A DNA stretch of 64,000 nt, taken from assembly GCA_977018835.1 (NCBI GenBank), contig OZ361260.1, forward strand, positions 2,418,001 to 2,482,000, read 5' to 3'. The position numbers were made by a program, and so were the translations under genes. Positions 12,711 to 24,835 of the stretch are shown here, one piece after another; position 1 is the first letter of the stretch, and each line of letters begins with the position of its first letter. The stretch comes from Minutocellus sp. GHC0000111. Its lineage: Eukaryota. A model generated the notes under the pieces. The model worked only from the letters and a program-made list of their open reading frames with translations. It had not been told where the DNA came from and ran no database searches.

Positions 12711-13388
12711 TCAGGCACTGAGCTGGGGCAGATCGGCTAGCGTTTTAGCCTGCCCCGGCTTGTACCGCCTCTTGCCGCCTCGGCCGCCCAGTCCCGTCGA
12801 ACCGCCGGCCTTCTTGGCCTTCTCCTCCAGCGCCGATCGGAGCGGCTGGGCCGACTCCTCCTCCATAAACTTGATGTTGAACAGACTTTGCCAGTACGCC
12901 TTGGTCATGGCAATCACCGTGAAGGGATTGAGACATGCCCGGATGATGTAGGGGATCTTCAGAAGCGGCGACCTGGATTTGCTGCTGCTCCTAGCGCTGG
13001 TCGCCGCGAGCTTCACATTGACGGCATCCTTGGACTTCTTCGACTTGGCCTTGGCGGCAGCCTTGACGGTCGAGGCGGAGAGTGCCGCCTTCTTGGCGGC
13101 CTTCTTCATCGCCTTGGCCTTGGCGGCGGCGGCGAGGGCGGCGGCTGCCTCTTCCTCGTCCTCCGATTCTTCGTCGTATTCGTCATATTCCTCGCTGTCG
13201 TACTCGTCGTCCGCCGCCAGAGTAGCACCGCCACGGGGCAGGAAGGCCACCGTCGATTGTATTGAACGCCGTGACGGAATGCTCACTGCAGATCGTGGGA
13301 CCGATCGACCATTGACCGACACGACACTTAGCATGCAAAGGAGCAATGCCACCGATACCAGCTGCGAAGCCGACATCGTTCGCGCCAT
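12711..13388 (-). CDS. Signal-peptide protein with LPRGG motif and acidic / Lys-Ala tracts, unknown function
   Basis: Intact 225 aa ORF with a hydrophobic N-terminus, strong GC3 bias, a D/E tract and then a K/A tract. Confidence 0.75.
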   Translation of the reverse strand: MARTMSASQLVSVALLLCMLSVVSVNGRSVPRSAVSIPSRRSIQSTVAFLPRGGATLAADDEYDSEEYDEYDEESEDEEEAAAALAAAAKAKAMKKAAKKAALSASTVKAAAKAKSKKSKDAVNVKLAATSARSSSKSRSPLLKIPYIIRACLNPFTVIAMTKAYWQSLFNIKFMEEESAQPLRSALEEKAKKAGGSTGLGGRGGKRRYKPGQAKTLADLPQLSA

Positions 13389-13766
13389 TATTTGGTATTT
13401 CTACTTTTGTAAAGAACGCCCCTTGTCTTCTTACAGTAGCTTGCTTAGCTTGGGAGCAACTTAACCTATGAACGCTGTTTCAACTGAAATGAATGGGAGG
13501 TTCAACTTGGAAGTGGGGCCGTACGTACACGTACGTATTCGTACGATGGTCAGACCAAATTTTATGACGCGGCGGGGAGTGAACTGGACCATCTCGGCTC
13601 ATTCGAAAGACTTCAACACTCACTCTTCATTCAACACTTCGGATGAATCGTTTGTTATACATTATAGGTCTAGTCTAGATATCTAGCTAGCTAGCTTCTG
13701 TAGCAGCGAAAGGACTGATAGGAAATTCTTGTTCCATCATTGTGGTCTGCAGCATCACTCTCATCA

Positions 13767-15234
13767 TCAGGACTGCACATCCATGAGATCCTCGAGAGGT
13801 ACCAGCTTTCCATCGGGCTCAATGGGCTCAGTAATAGTTTCTCCAGTCTTCTCGTCAGCAACAACAACGTGGCAAGTGGCCTCGCCATCGCCCGATACGA
13901 CCATGGCCTTGTCACCGTCGACAACCAGAGCAGCATTCTCGTCGATTCCAATGGCCGGGACGTTGTCCTCAGACTCAACCAAAACCTGCTCGGCGTGCTC
14001 TGATCTAGCGACATCGTTGGTACCGGTCGTCTCAAAGTGAGGCACACACATAGCCGGGATGATGCCTAACCCCGAAATTTTTACGTAATCCCAATTCTCA
14101 AGCTCATCGTCGTCAAGCTCATTCTTCACGCACTCCGCATTTTTCACATTGTCCGGGCGCAGTGAATCGGAATGGATCGAGTTGAACCAACAGCCGGCTC
14201 CGGCAGAGCCTCCGCACAGTGCGGTGCCCTGCTCGGCGGCCTCCTTGAGCAACAGATCAAGGCCAGTCTCCTTCCATCTCAACAGAGCGTGGAGAGTATT
14301 GCCGCCAGAGCACAGCAGCACATCGGCCCAGTCTACAACAAGCCTGCGCATCTCCTCCATAGAGGGCACGCCATCGGGCTCGCTGACATCCAATCTCTCG
14401 ATCTCACACTCGAGCTCCCGGAAGGCCTTGGTACACAGGTTGAACTTGTCGGTACGATCGAACGAGGCCGTGCCGATGTACACGATCTTGGGCTGGTCCT
14501 TGCCAGACAGCTCGATGACTTTTTCGAAGACGGCTGGCATCTGAAGGGCCTTCATCCGTCCGGCGGCGACGATCTTGACGTTGGGCACCTGCTCCTCTTG
14601 CTCGGCCGAAGTGGGAGCGTCCTTTGCATCGGTGTCGTTATTGTTGCTAAAGGCGGGCTCGAGGAGATCTTCGGCAATGGCAAAATCCGTTGCGACGTGC
14701 TCTTCGAGGGTCTCGAGGTGCTCGGCGGTAGCAGGCTTGACAAGGTCGACGAGCTCCTCGAGGGGTACCGGCTCCTCCTGGGGGACGAGGGGAGCGGTTG
14801 AGGTCTCGCCAGTCTCCTCATCGGCAATAACCACGTGGCATGTCGCTTCGCCGTCGCCCGACACGACCATGGCCATGTCGCCCTCAATGACAAAGGCAGC
14901 GTTGTTGTCAATGCCCAGGGCACCAGGGACCTCACCCTCCGTCTCCACGAGGACCTGCTCGGCATGCTCCGATCGTTCCATACCGTTGGTTCCGGTACGA
15001 TCGAAGTGCGGCACAGCCATCAACTCAGGACCTGGAACAATTCCCAGTCCGCTAATTTTGACGTAGTCCTATGAACGCAAAGTATATAATGTATATCAGT
15101 CGTTGGAAGGATCAATAATGAAGGTCAGTGCAATGAACAATAATATGGATGCACCCATTACACATGACTTATCAGCACATAATTATTCGTCGTCTTCAGA
15201 GTTTCTGAACATAAACGTATATTAACATGACATT

Positions 15235-15277
<43 letters not shown>

Positions 15278-16095
15278 CCATATCTAGTACTCACCCAATC
15301 CTCCAGCTCGTCGTCGTCCAGGACCTCCTTGACCTTGTCGGCGTGCTTGACGTTGTCCGGCCTCAACGAATCGCTGTGCATGGAATTGAACCAACACCCG
15401 GCCCCCGCGCTGCCGCCGCACAGCACCGTGCCGCTCTGCGCGGCCTCCTTCATCAGCAGGTCGAGGCCGGTCTCCTTCCAGCGCAGCAGCGCGTGGAGGG
15501 TGTTGCCACCGGAACACACCAGGACGTCGGCCCAGTCCACCACCATGCGGCGCATCTCCTCCATCGAGGGGACGGTGTGCGGATCGCTGACGTCCAACCT
15601 TTGCACCTCGCATCCGCGGGAGGCGAACTCGCCGGAATGCCGCCGATAGTTCTTGTCGGCGTCGAAGGAGGCGGTGCCGATGTAAACGATGTGGGGGGCG
15701 TCCTTGCCGGACAGCTCGATGACCTTGGAGAAGATGGCGGGCAGGTAGAGGGCGCCGCCCTTGCCGCAGGCGACGATCTTGGGGACGGCCTCGGCGGCCG
15801 CATCGTCTGCATTGTCGTCACCGTCGTGAATAGTATCGCCGGATACGGACGCGGCGGCGGAGGGGACGGCCGAGGTCACCTCGCCGACGTTGAAGTCGGT
15901 ATCGACGTGCTTCTCGAGGACCGGATGGAGGAGGATGCCGTCCTCGGTCATGGCGGTGATGAGGTCGGCGTGGCTGGGGGCGACGGCGGTTTTGCTAGTA
16001 GTAGTAGTAGCTTTGGTCTTTTGGGAGGAGGATTCCTCGCGAATGGACGCTAGAGATAGGAAGGCAGTGCTTAGATTGGCGATTGCCTTGACCAT
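13767..16095 (-). CDS. Peptidase S51 family (dipeptidase E / cyanophycinase-like) with two tandem catalytic domains, 2 exons
   Basis: Two copies of YIGTAS..SGGNTL..CGGSAGAGCWF..VPHF..GID. The intron 15294-15069 (GT-AG on the minus strand) joins the two ORFs in frame. Confidence 0.85.
15238..15276. repeat. (CA)n microsatellite, ~19 units, intronic
   Basis: Perfect CA run seen directly inside the S51 gene intron. Confidence 0.97.
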
Positions 16096-16832
16096 TCACT
16101 GGAGCACGGGCTTGGCAACAGAACGATGCTGCGTAGAGCGGCACCGGTGATGGATTATGGATATGTGTGTTTGTTGCGGCCCGTTTCGATGGGATAATGA
16201 GATGAAGGCAGGCGATCCAGTGCAGGGCAGGGCAGGGCAGGAGTTGAGTTGGCGATGCCTGGCTGAACTGCGGCTGCTGGCTGCACCGATCTTTGGTTCG
16301 TGGAGTTTCCATGGAACGGCACGCATGGTTTCGATGCGGCCAAAAATCCAAAATGGCAGATGAAGAGGCAGGCCATTTTTACATGTATGTCTGCGCAATG
16401 ATGACGTCACAGCATTTTCATTTTTCCGGGTCTTTTCAAGTGTGTGGTCCCGATCCTGTCATTCAACTGCCTGTTCCCACAGCCTACAATTCCCACATAA
16501 TAAAGGCCACATAACATTATCCCAGCCCCCGGAAACTCATTTCCCACTTTTTTACAAAGAACATGACGCACTTTTCAGAAATTGCCCTCCCACAAAGCAC
16601 AGTTTTGGAGGGAAAAGTCGGCACAGGTGACACGGCGGATGACAGACCGTCGTCATTGTATTACCGGTGTTTTCACTATTGCCATACCGTCCAGTTCGAA
16701 GGCTTCAATTGCATTTGAGTGGCAGCTGCTGCCCCGGACTGAAGGACAAGGCACATTTTTCAATTTGTCCACCACCGCTTTCCCCGAAGCCGGCACAAGC
16801 CAAGCCCACACAGAATTACTGTACCAAATTAT

Positions 16833-19800
16833 ATGCCCACGCTTTCTGCCGCCGCTGCTGCACCGCCGCCGCCGCCGTCGGACATGCCGCCCCTCACGAC
16901 GACGGAACTAATTAATGGCCCCACGCGATCGCCTCGCACAGACGTAGCACAAAGCGGTCCCAGTGGTCGTCCGATGACGAAACCGACAGAGGAAGGGGTC
17001 GAGGTAGGCCTGGATCTAGTCGAGGTGAGGAAGGCCGACGCTCCTCCCTTGACCGCTGCCGAAATGTTGGAATACGCCAATCCCAACAGTCATGGCGCAG
17101 CAGCTGCTCCAGCAGCAGTGGGTAGCACAAACGAGCACGCGGCCGCCGATAATACATTCCACACCGCCCAGCAGGAGTCTGCCGTCGCTTCGAATTATCC
17201 AATGCAACTGCACCGCCATCCTAACAGCGGCACTGCCCAAGGGGATCACCACGATCGAACCAGCAGCGACGTCGAATACGCCCAGTCCTACGACTACGAC
17301 AACGACAACGGAGTCCCACTCCCTCCGGACGTCCCCGTCCCGCCGGTGCGGCAGCAGCGCCGCCGATCCTCCCTGGGCCACACGGCCTGCACCGAAATCG
17401 GCGAGGCGGCCGCCGAACACTTGCAGACCTTCCTGGAAACCACCCAGCTCGAGCGGACCGATTCGGGCAACGCCCGGCGCTATTCGAGGGACGATGCCGA
17501 CGAATTGGCCAGGCTCGAGGAGGAGGACAGCGCATGGAACGATCATGATCACGGGGCCCTCGTCGACGATCCCGCGCGGGTCGCGCCGGAGCGGTCCCAG
17601 ACGGCCTCGCCGAAGCTGCCGGGCCAAACGCAGGCCAGCTACAAGCAGTACATCGACCTGTACCCCGGCGGCACCGGCAAGGTCGAGGGGTCCACCTCCC
17701 TCACCTCCACCGGAAGCCACCGACGTATGAGCAACGGCTCCTCGGCCTCGGCTCGGTCTCTCAACTCCGATGCCAACTCCAACTCCAACTCCCAATCCAA
17801 TGCGGGGCCGGGGGAACGATGCTACCTCCCCGTCCGGACCTTTCACATGGACGAGATCGTCGTCGGCCGGCTCCTCGGGACCGGTACCTTCAACGACGTC
17901 TACGAGGCCTTCTTGGTGCCGCGGCAGCGGCCGGTCTACGGGCGGCAGGCCAGTTTGCCGTCGTCGCTCGGGCGGGAGCGGAGGGCTCAGCAGGTCGGTG
18001 GTGCCGGTGGTGGTGCCACCAACAATACTGCCGCTACGGACATGCTCCATACGTCTTTTTCCAAGCTCGATGTTTATGACGAAGACCTCTGCGCCGATCT
18101 CGACGTGGACCGTCAGGAACGCCACCAACAACAGGCCCAGGCCCAAACTCGGGACGCAACATCGGCGTCCCATCAGCCAACCTACGGTCAGATGGCCCTC
18201 AACGACGAACCGTCGTCGTCCTCCAGGTCCATCCGCCGCCGTCCCTCCTCGACGGCCAACCCCAACCCCGCCTCCCACCCGTCCTCCGGACCGCGCTACG
18301 TCCTCAAGCACCTCAAGGACGTCGTCATGGAGGACTACGACACCTTTCTCACCGGCGCCGTCGACCTGGCCGTCGAGGCCAAGATGCTCAGCCATTTGCA
18401 CCATCCTAACATCATCCGGTTGGAGGGCGTTACCGCCGGATCGCTGTCGGACGCGCTGTCGACCGGCATCGTCGGCGGGTACTTCCTCGTTCTGGAGATG
18501 CTCGAGATCAGCCTCCTCGATCAGATCGTCAAGTGGGCCGAGGAGAAGAGGGCCGCAAGGAAGGGGAAGCGCCCTTCCATTGCCCGCCTCGCCAAATCGC
18601 TGTCGTCCCGGAGTCTGGAATTTTTTGGCGGAGGGCCAACCCAACAACGGAGCTACTGCGGCCACCGGCCACGGCGGCGGCGAAGATGGCAGCGCGGTGC
18701 CGCCACGTCGCATGCCCCGGAGAAGGAGCTCCGGGGCCAGCGCCTCGTTCCGCAGCTTTTTCGACAGCGAAGGGGAGGACCAATCGACCGCCGCCGCGCC
18801 ACCGCCGAGCCGCCCCGCCAAGGAACCCATGTTTCTGTACCACCGTCGCCTTACGGTGGCCTCCGAGATTGCCGCCGGCTTTGCCTACCTTCATCGCAAG
18901 AACATCCTGTACCGCGACGCCAAGCCACAGAACATCGGCCTGGATCACAACGGCACCGTCAAGATTTTCGATATGGGCCTGGCCAAGGAGCTACACGAGG
19001 GAGACAAGCGGAAGCACACCGGCAACTGCGGGACGAAGCGGTACATGAGCCCGGAATGCGGCCGGTTCGACCACTACGGCCTCAGCTCGGACGTGTACTC
19101 GTACTCTCTCCTGCTTTGGGAGATACTGGCACTGGAACGGCCCTACGCCAAGCTGACGGCGAAGGACTTCTCCGAGAAGGTGTACTTTGGCAACATGAGG
19201 CCGGCCATACCATCGAAGTGGCCCAGGGCGATCCGGGAACTGCTCCCGGATTGCTGGACCAACGAGAAGAACGAGCGGCCGACGATGGAGACGGTTGCCA
19301 ATGTCCTGCGGAACATGGCAGAGGAAGCGAAGCCCTTCGCCTCTACTTACGCTACGAATACCTCTTCCAGGTCGCTGAACGACGGCATGAGCGACATTAC
19401 CAGCGTCACCAGCGAAGCCCCCTCCAATCAGGGCGCCGTGGCGGGAGGGAAGGCTAGGCCAGGTATGCTTCGAAGGCCAAGCATGACCAGAGGATCGTTC
19501 CGGCTCGGAGGTTCCTCCAGGAGCCTTGCTGGTGGACCATCGAAGGTGTCTAGTGAGGGCATCGTCGTCCCGAAGAACATACGCAAGTGGCTAGAAGAGC
19601 AGGAAAAGAGAGAATCAAACCTAGATAGCGAAACCCTAAGGGTGGCCCGGACCGGCGGCGCTCGCGCGGCTGCTCGAAGGAATTCTATCACTATCGACAA
19701 GCGCCCCGAGAGTGATTCAATTGCGGAGAAAGACAGCTTTCAGGATTCCCAAGAATTGCATGATCCACTGGCAAAATCCACTGGGGACAATGAGCGTCGA

Positions 19801-19959
19801 GTATCGAATGGATCCGCATCCACCCAGAGCAATCCAGCCGCCGACCCCGGTGTTGCGACGCATTTGCGACGTGGTTCCGACCAGTCCTCCATGTCAGTCG
19901 GCGCCACGATGTTTCCCGCCAGATCCATCAGTAGAAGAGCAAGCACCCGATATTTTTAG
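16833..19959 (+). CDS. Ser/Thr (TKL-like, diatom-type) protein kinase with one apparent frameshift
   Basis: LGTGTFNDVY, YVLKHL and HPNII are in one frame; YRDAKPQN, DMGLAKE, GTKRYMSPE and DVYSY are in the next. The frame switches at ~18621-18645 within short homopolymers. Confidence 0.85.
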
Positions 19960-20322
19960 AGAAGGCCCATCCTTCTTGCGCTCGTTCGTTACATTTTTTC
20001 ATTTTGAATCGACTCTCTCAAATTTTGTATTTGCACTAACGTCCGTATTTTCGCATAAGCAAGAGAAACACTGTGAAATGAGTCCGGCCAACAATCAGGG
20101 CCAGAATCAAACAATAGCGGGCGGTAAAGAGACACTCCTAGAGATACATGATGAAGATGCTTCGTACTACAAGTAGAGATTTTTAAAAGCAGTAACGAAG
20201 CATTCTTTACTCAAGATAGCTACAAAATGATTTCATGAACTCTGCACGAATTATGTCGCTACGAGGATGGATTCGATTCCTAGCTAGATCTAGCTAGTGA
20301 CCCTATCACTGTAATCGTTGAT

Positions 20323-21558
20323 TTACACGCCATCAAGCTTCCACTCGTTACGCTTCGTGGCGAGCCAACTGTTGGCGTGAATCCTGGACAATGCCTCGAC
20401 TGGCTTTGCTTTCATTATTATGTCGTCTATTGAAATATTGAGGCCGACTTTACTTTCAGTCCAGGATGCTGGGATCTCCATTATCTCATCAATCACAGCT
20501 GCGCAGGCTGGAGCTACAATGACAATGTCGCATTGAAAGCCATTGAGCATGCCAATGAGCTGTGATGCAGTACCCTTGTCGTCACCATCGTGAATCAAAG
20601 TGGAGCTCAATGAACAGTGGCTGGATAATGCCGAGACAAATTTGGAACCGACAGCTTCGCTAGGTGCGACAATGACAACTGTTGGTCTCATGACAAATAA
20701 TGGTGTTGATCCGTCGAAAGATTCCGAATCTGGTTTGTCAAACCAATATCCCGCCGCCGGCGTGATCAACGGTCCAAATATGCCGCAGTCCGTGATGGCA
20801 ACGGGGACTGTTGGAGTCCCATCTTTGCTTCCCACAGCTTCTAATGCATCCAATACCGCAAATCCACTCACAATTTCGCCAAAGATGACGTGCTTGCCAT
20901 CGCACTGGGGTGTGCTGTACCCAAATGTGAAGTAAAACTGAGAAGAATTGGAATTCTTCCCGCTGTTGCCCATCGAAAGAATGCCTCGCTTATTGTGCTT
21001 GAGGGTCAGTCCTGCTCGCTCGTCCTTGAATTTCTTGCCATTGTAAATGCTCTCTCCTCCCGAGCCATTGGACTTGACAAAATCACCCGCCTGAACGACA
21101 AATCCCGGTTCAATTCGATGGACAACTGATTTTCGATACGTCAGGGGCTTACCACACTCTCCAATCGGCGGTGGCTTGACCTTGGTTTTCCCTCCCTGCA
21201 ATTGTTGACTGGGCAGCAGCGAACCATTCGAGCACAATGTTGCAAAGTTCTCGCACGCCATGGGAGCGACATCCCAGTACAATTTCACAACTATCCGATT
21301 GCCACACGATGGAGGCCGCGTCTCGATGCCATCCTTTGCTTTCGAGGACCACTCGTGGTCATTGGCCACCAGCTCCTCGAGACGGCTCAGCTCCGACCCA
21401 CCCAGACTGAGCAAATCCTTGGATGAGTGTCCATATCGAGTGTCGGTGGCATCTACAAAGGCTGCCGCCGTGGCAAGTTTCTGGCGGTGATTGTTGATGT
21501 CAAAATCAAGGTATGCATATCTGCATGTTTCCTCGTTGACCTGCTGGTGCTGGGACAT
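20323..21558 (-). CDS. Cyclophilin-type peptidyl-prolyl isomerase with C-terminal extension
   Basis: APMACENF, HRIEPGFVVQAGDF, GSGGESIY, LSMGNSGKNSNSSQF, DGKHVIFG. Intact 411 aa ORF. Confidence 0.9.
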   Translation of the reverse strand: MSQHQQVNEETCRYAYLDFDINNHRQKLATAAAFVDATDTRYGHSSKDLLSLGGSELSRLEELVANDHEWSSKAKDGIETRPPSCGNRIVVKLYWDVAPMACENFATLCSNGSLLPSQQLQGGKTKVKPPPIGECGKPLTYRKSVVHRIEPGFVVQAGDFVKSNGSGGESIYNGKKFKDERAGLTLKHNKRGILSMGNSGKNSNSSQFYFTFGYSTPQCDGKHVIFGEIVSGFAVLDALEAVGSKDGTPTVPVAITDCGIFGPLITPAAGYWFDKPDSESFDGSTPLFVMRPTVVIVAPSEAVGSKFVSALSSHCSLSSTLIHDGDDKGTASQLIGMLNGFQCDIVIVAPACAAVIDEIMEIPASWTESKVGLNISIDDIIMKAKPVEALSRIHANSWLATKRNEWKLDGV

Positions 21559-22028
21559 CTGGATGCTGGTGCTATACTACTTCAGCAGCAGCAGCAATTC
21601 AATTCCTCGCCTATGCTATTGTTACAAAAGGTCTTTGTCTAGATAGAGACCGCCCTACAGTTTGCTCACAAACTTATTTACCAAAATGAATTGGTATCGG
21701 GCCGCCGCGGGCCACGGATATATGCTGATGTGCTGGTGTTGCCGCGCGTGGTTTACGTTTGCTCTCGGCTCCATCCATGCACCAGCTCTCGATGACCGAT
21801 GACGGACGAAGGATGGACGATGACGAGAACGATACGCGATGATACGATACGAGACGAGAAGCCGAAGTCGACAAAGATCCAAGTAAAGGAAGTCAAAGAT
21901 CTACATGAACAAGTCAAAGTATGAGGTCAAGCATGGCCAAGCAGCATTGTCGCCGCCTCGCGTTGCAGTTGATACCCATTGCGCTAGCTTCCAAGTTCTT
22001 GGCGCCATGCGATGGATTTGTCGCTGGT

Positions 22029-22118
22029 CCTCAAACATGCAAAGATACGACCCAATTGCTACATGCATCCATTCCTCAAACATGCAAAGATACGAACCAT
22101 CTGCTACATGCATCAATT
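22029..22118 (+). repeat. 45-bp in-frame tandem duplication in the ZEP transit peptide
   Basis: PQTCKDTTQLLHASI followed by PQTCKDTNHLLHASI; units start at 22029 and 22074. Confidence 0.9.
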
Positions 22119-23408
22119 GTATCCAATGAGCGTGAGTACAACCCAGACACCGCCGGAGTGTTCGTCGATGGCTTTCCATTGCCTCCGACGCCGACTCGAC
22201 CCAACGATGATGAATTGGTCGCGTCGCTACGACGAGTTCCAATCACATCACTCGACCAGCCGCTGCCGGCTCGCAATCTTGACGACCCATCGGCGCCTCC
22301 TCTGAGGGTTCTGATTGCCGGAGGTGGTCTCGGCGGCTTGGCACTGGCGTCCACTCTGACTCAATTGGGATACGATGTGCACGTCTTTGAACAAGCGACG
22401 CAGTACAAACCCTTTGGCGGACCAATTCAAATCCAAAGCAATGCTTTGTGGGCTCTCAATGCCATCAACGAGGTTCTGTATTCTGCTATTGCGGAGGTGG
22501 GTGTGAGGACAGGCGATCGACTGTCGGGAATCAAGGATGGGAAACGATACGAAGAGGGTTGGTTGGTCAAGTTTGATGCTGCTACTCCAGCAATCAAATG
22601 TGGATTGCCCCTCACTTTGGCCATCAATAGAGTGGTATTGCAGGAAATCTTTCTGAAATACGGCGTCGCAGAGGAGAGAGTCCACACCTCCAGCCGAGTT
22701 GTCGCTTACAAAAATCTGAAAGACAAAGGGGGGAGTGGAGTTGAAGTCACACTTGAGGATGGACGGAAAGTGTACGGTGACGTCCTGGTTGGAGCTGATG
22801 GCATCTGGTCGAGAGTGAAACACCAGTTGGAGGGTCTTGACCCATCCGAGGCTGGACCAACGTTTGCGACAAAGCACGCGAAGTACAGTGGATACACATG
22901 CTTCACGGGGAACCTGCAAGCACACTCCAGATGACATAGATTCAGTTGCGTACAAGGTATTTCTGGGCCAAGAACAATGTGAGTAGAAATCGTGACGATT
23001 GGTTTGATTTCGTTCGTCTCTTCAATTATTTGGTTCGGATTTTCCTGACTATGTATACTGCATGCATATACACTAAAAGACCTTGGGGCCACAGATTGTG
23101 GATACGGTTCGCAACATTGGTGGGCGTTTTTACCTGATCCACCAGAAACTGCTGCAGGAATGGATATTGATGACGAACCCATGCTAGATCGCCTAAAAAG
23201 AGAGTTCGCTGGTTGGATCCCAGAAATTCATGATCTGTTCGACGCTACTTCGCCAGAGGTGGTGAAACGGCGGCCTCTATTCGATCGCTTGCCAATGATC
23301 AAAGGTTGGGTGGATGGCAACGTTGCCCTGATGGGTGATGCTTGTCACCCTACGATGCCAAATCTTGGGCAGGGAGGGGCAATGGCAATCGAGGATGCAT
23401 ATGTTGTA

Positions 23409-24024
23409 CAGTCCGTCCCCAGCAATAAGCATATTGAGGCAAATGCTAAGCCCTCAATATGCTTATTTCTAATGAAATCTGAGCCCTGAGATAAGCATAT
23501 TTATGCTTATTTTTCTTCGGCTTTGGGGTCCCGAGACCCCTCTCTGGAGGCACGACAAACGACAGCAAGTTACCGGGGGTCTACAGGCATTTTTGCTACT
23601 ACACAGTCTGTCTGCACGGCATTGAGCCAAGCCCCACATGTTATGCACGGCCTAAGGTCAGTTGTTCTGCTACCTGTAGTGCCAGCACTGGCAACGGGAG
23701 TGGGGGCGAGGAGGGGGGGCAAGTCATCGTGTCGATGTCTCGGCGAAAAATCATGCGAATGAATCAAAATTCGACGGGCGGATTTTTCGCGCGCGCTGCG
23801 GCTTTCTTTCTCTATTCCATCTTAAGGTGTCATGATGACAGGTTTCTTAATTTGCACAGTTAGAAAAGGAAAATTTTGACGAATCCACCTCACAAATTAG
23901 CTGTGTTGCCATGCACCCCAAATAAGCATGTCTCCCAAATCTAAGCCCTCAATATGCTTATTTTATCTGAAATCTAAGCCCTGAAATAAGCATATTGAAC
24001 ATGCTTATTGCTGGGGACGGACTG
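23409..24024. mobile_element. 616-bp MITE, Tc1/mariner-like (TA target duplication)
   Basis: Perfect 24-bp TIRs CAGTCCGTCCCCAGCAATAAGCAT. TA on both flanks (23407-8, 24025-6). Removing it restores the ZEP frame YVV|GKEL. No transposase ORF. Confidence 0.92.
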
Positions 24025-24835
24025 TAGGAAAGGAACTTGATGGAATAAAGCACACTCACTGATGCATGAATGATGAATGAATGAATTGTTGCACAAGCGA
24101 TTGAAGGCAGGCAGGCAGGCGTGTACACGAGAAACGGAGGTATGTTCGAGCTTCAATTGCCCAACTCTCATCGAGAAATGGAAGCGACCTCTTGGTTGAT
24201 TGGGATAGGCTACGAAATACTCCCATCATTGGGCTGGGCCCATCGGCATGTGGTTTATCAATGTGTGTGGCGCAGCCCCCCTCACGACGATGGATGATGA
24301 AGAACTGTTTATGTGCGCAGCAGCTCGAAGAAGTTGTTTTGAGAAAAGGAGACGGTAAACATGATTAGGACCAAATAAATAGATGGTGTAATGCTGTGGT
24401 AGATCTACCGGTACTGCACAGCGGATGCTCTCACACACCACCAAATGAAGATGAAAAAAAGAAAGTGCAAACCCACCCCTGAAATTCTGAAATTGTCTTT
24501 TCCGTCGTCCAGCTGACAGTGTTTCCGTTGAGACGCCGGCCGGCCAAGCGAGGAAACTCCCAAGAATGAAGACCCGCAATCCCGGCCGATCCATCGGCAT
24601 TTGGGGTCGACGTGTTCCTTTCCATTTATTTGTGGCCAGCCAGCCCGGACACCGCCCAGCACTTCATCGCAGCCAAGAATAAATACGCATTCAGTCGAAA
24701 CATAACGCGTTGCAGTTTGTCTTCCTCTTGGGGTTTAGGGAGGACAACACGACGAATTCTTCCTCCAATAATTGCGCCACGGAAGCGAAGAAGCGCTCGA
24801 AACCAAGAGAATAACACAAAGAACAATAAGTCGCC

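Larger units (their letters stand above)
21921..24062 (+). pseudogene. ZEP: Zeaxanthin epoxidase-like FAD monooxygenase, disrupted and 3'-truncated
   Basis: IAGGGLGGL, GPIQIQSNAL, GADGIWS, YSGYTCF, MGDACHPTMPNLGQGGAMAIED; CDG-FV plastid signal. Extra G at 22907-22910, intron 22979-23079, MITE after 23408, and only 11 codons after the MITE before a stop. Confidence 0.85.

Noticed and set aside
16222..16241. (CAGGG)n repeat as a G-quadruplex
   Set aside because: Only three full GGG tracts; an ordinary microsatellite.
18621..18645. Programmed ribosomal frameshift in the kinase (and at 41019 and 57425)
   Set aside because: Each is explained by 1-nt homopolymer length differences, and there is no consistent slippery site plus downstream structure; sequencing error or decay is simpler.
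17016..18830. 604-aa antisense ORF over the kinase (and other long shadow ORFs)
   Set aside because: A by-product of high GC3 codon bias on the coding strand; no recognisable motifs.
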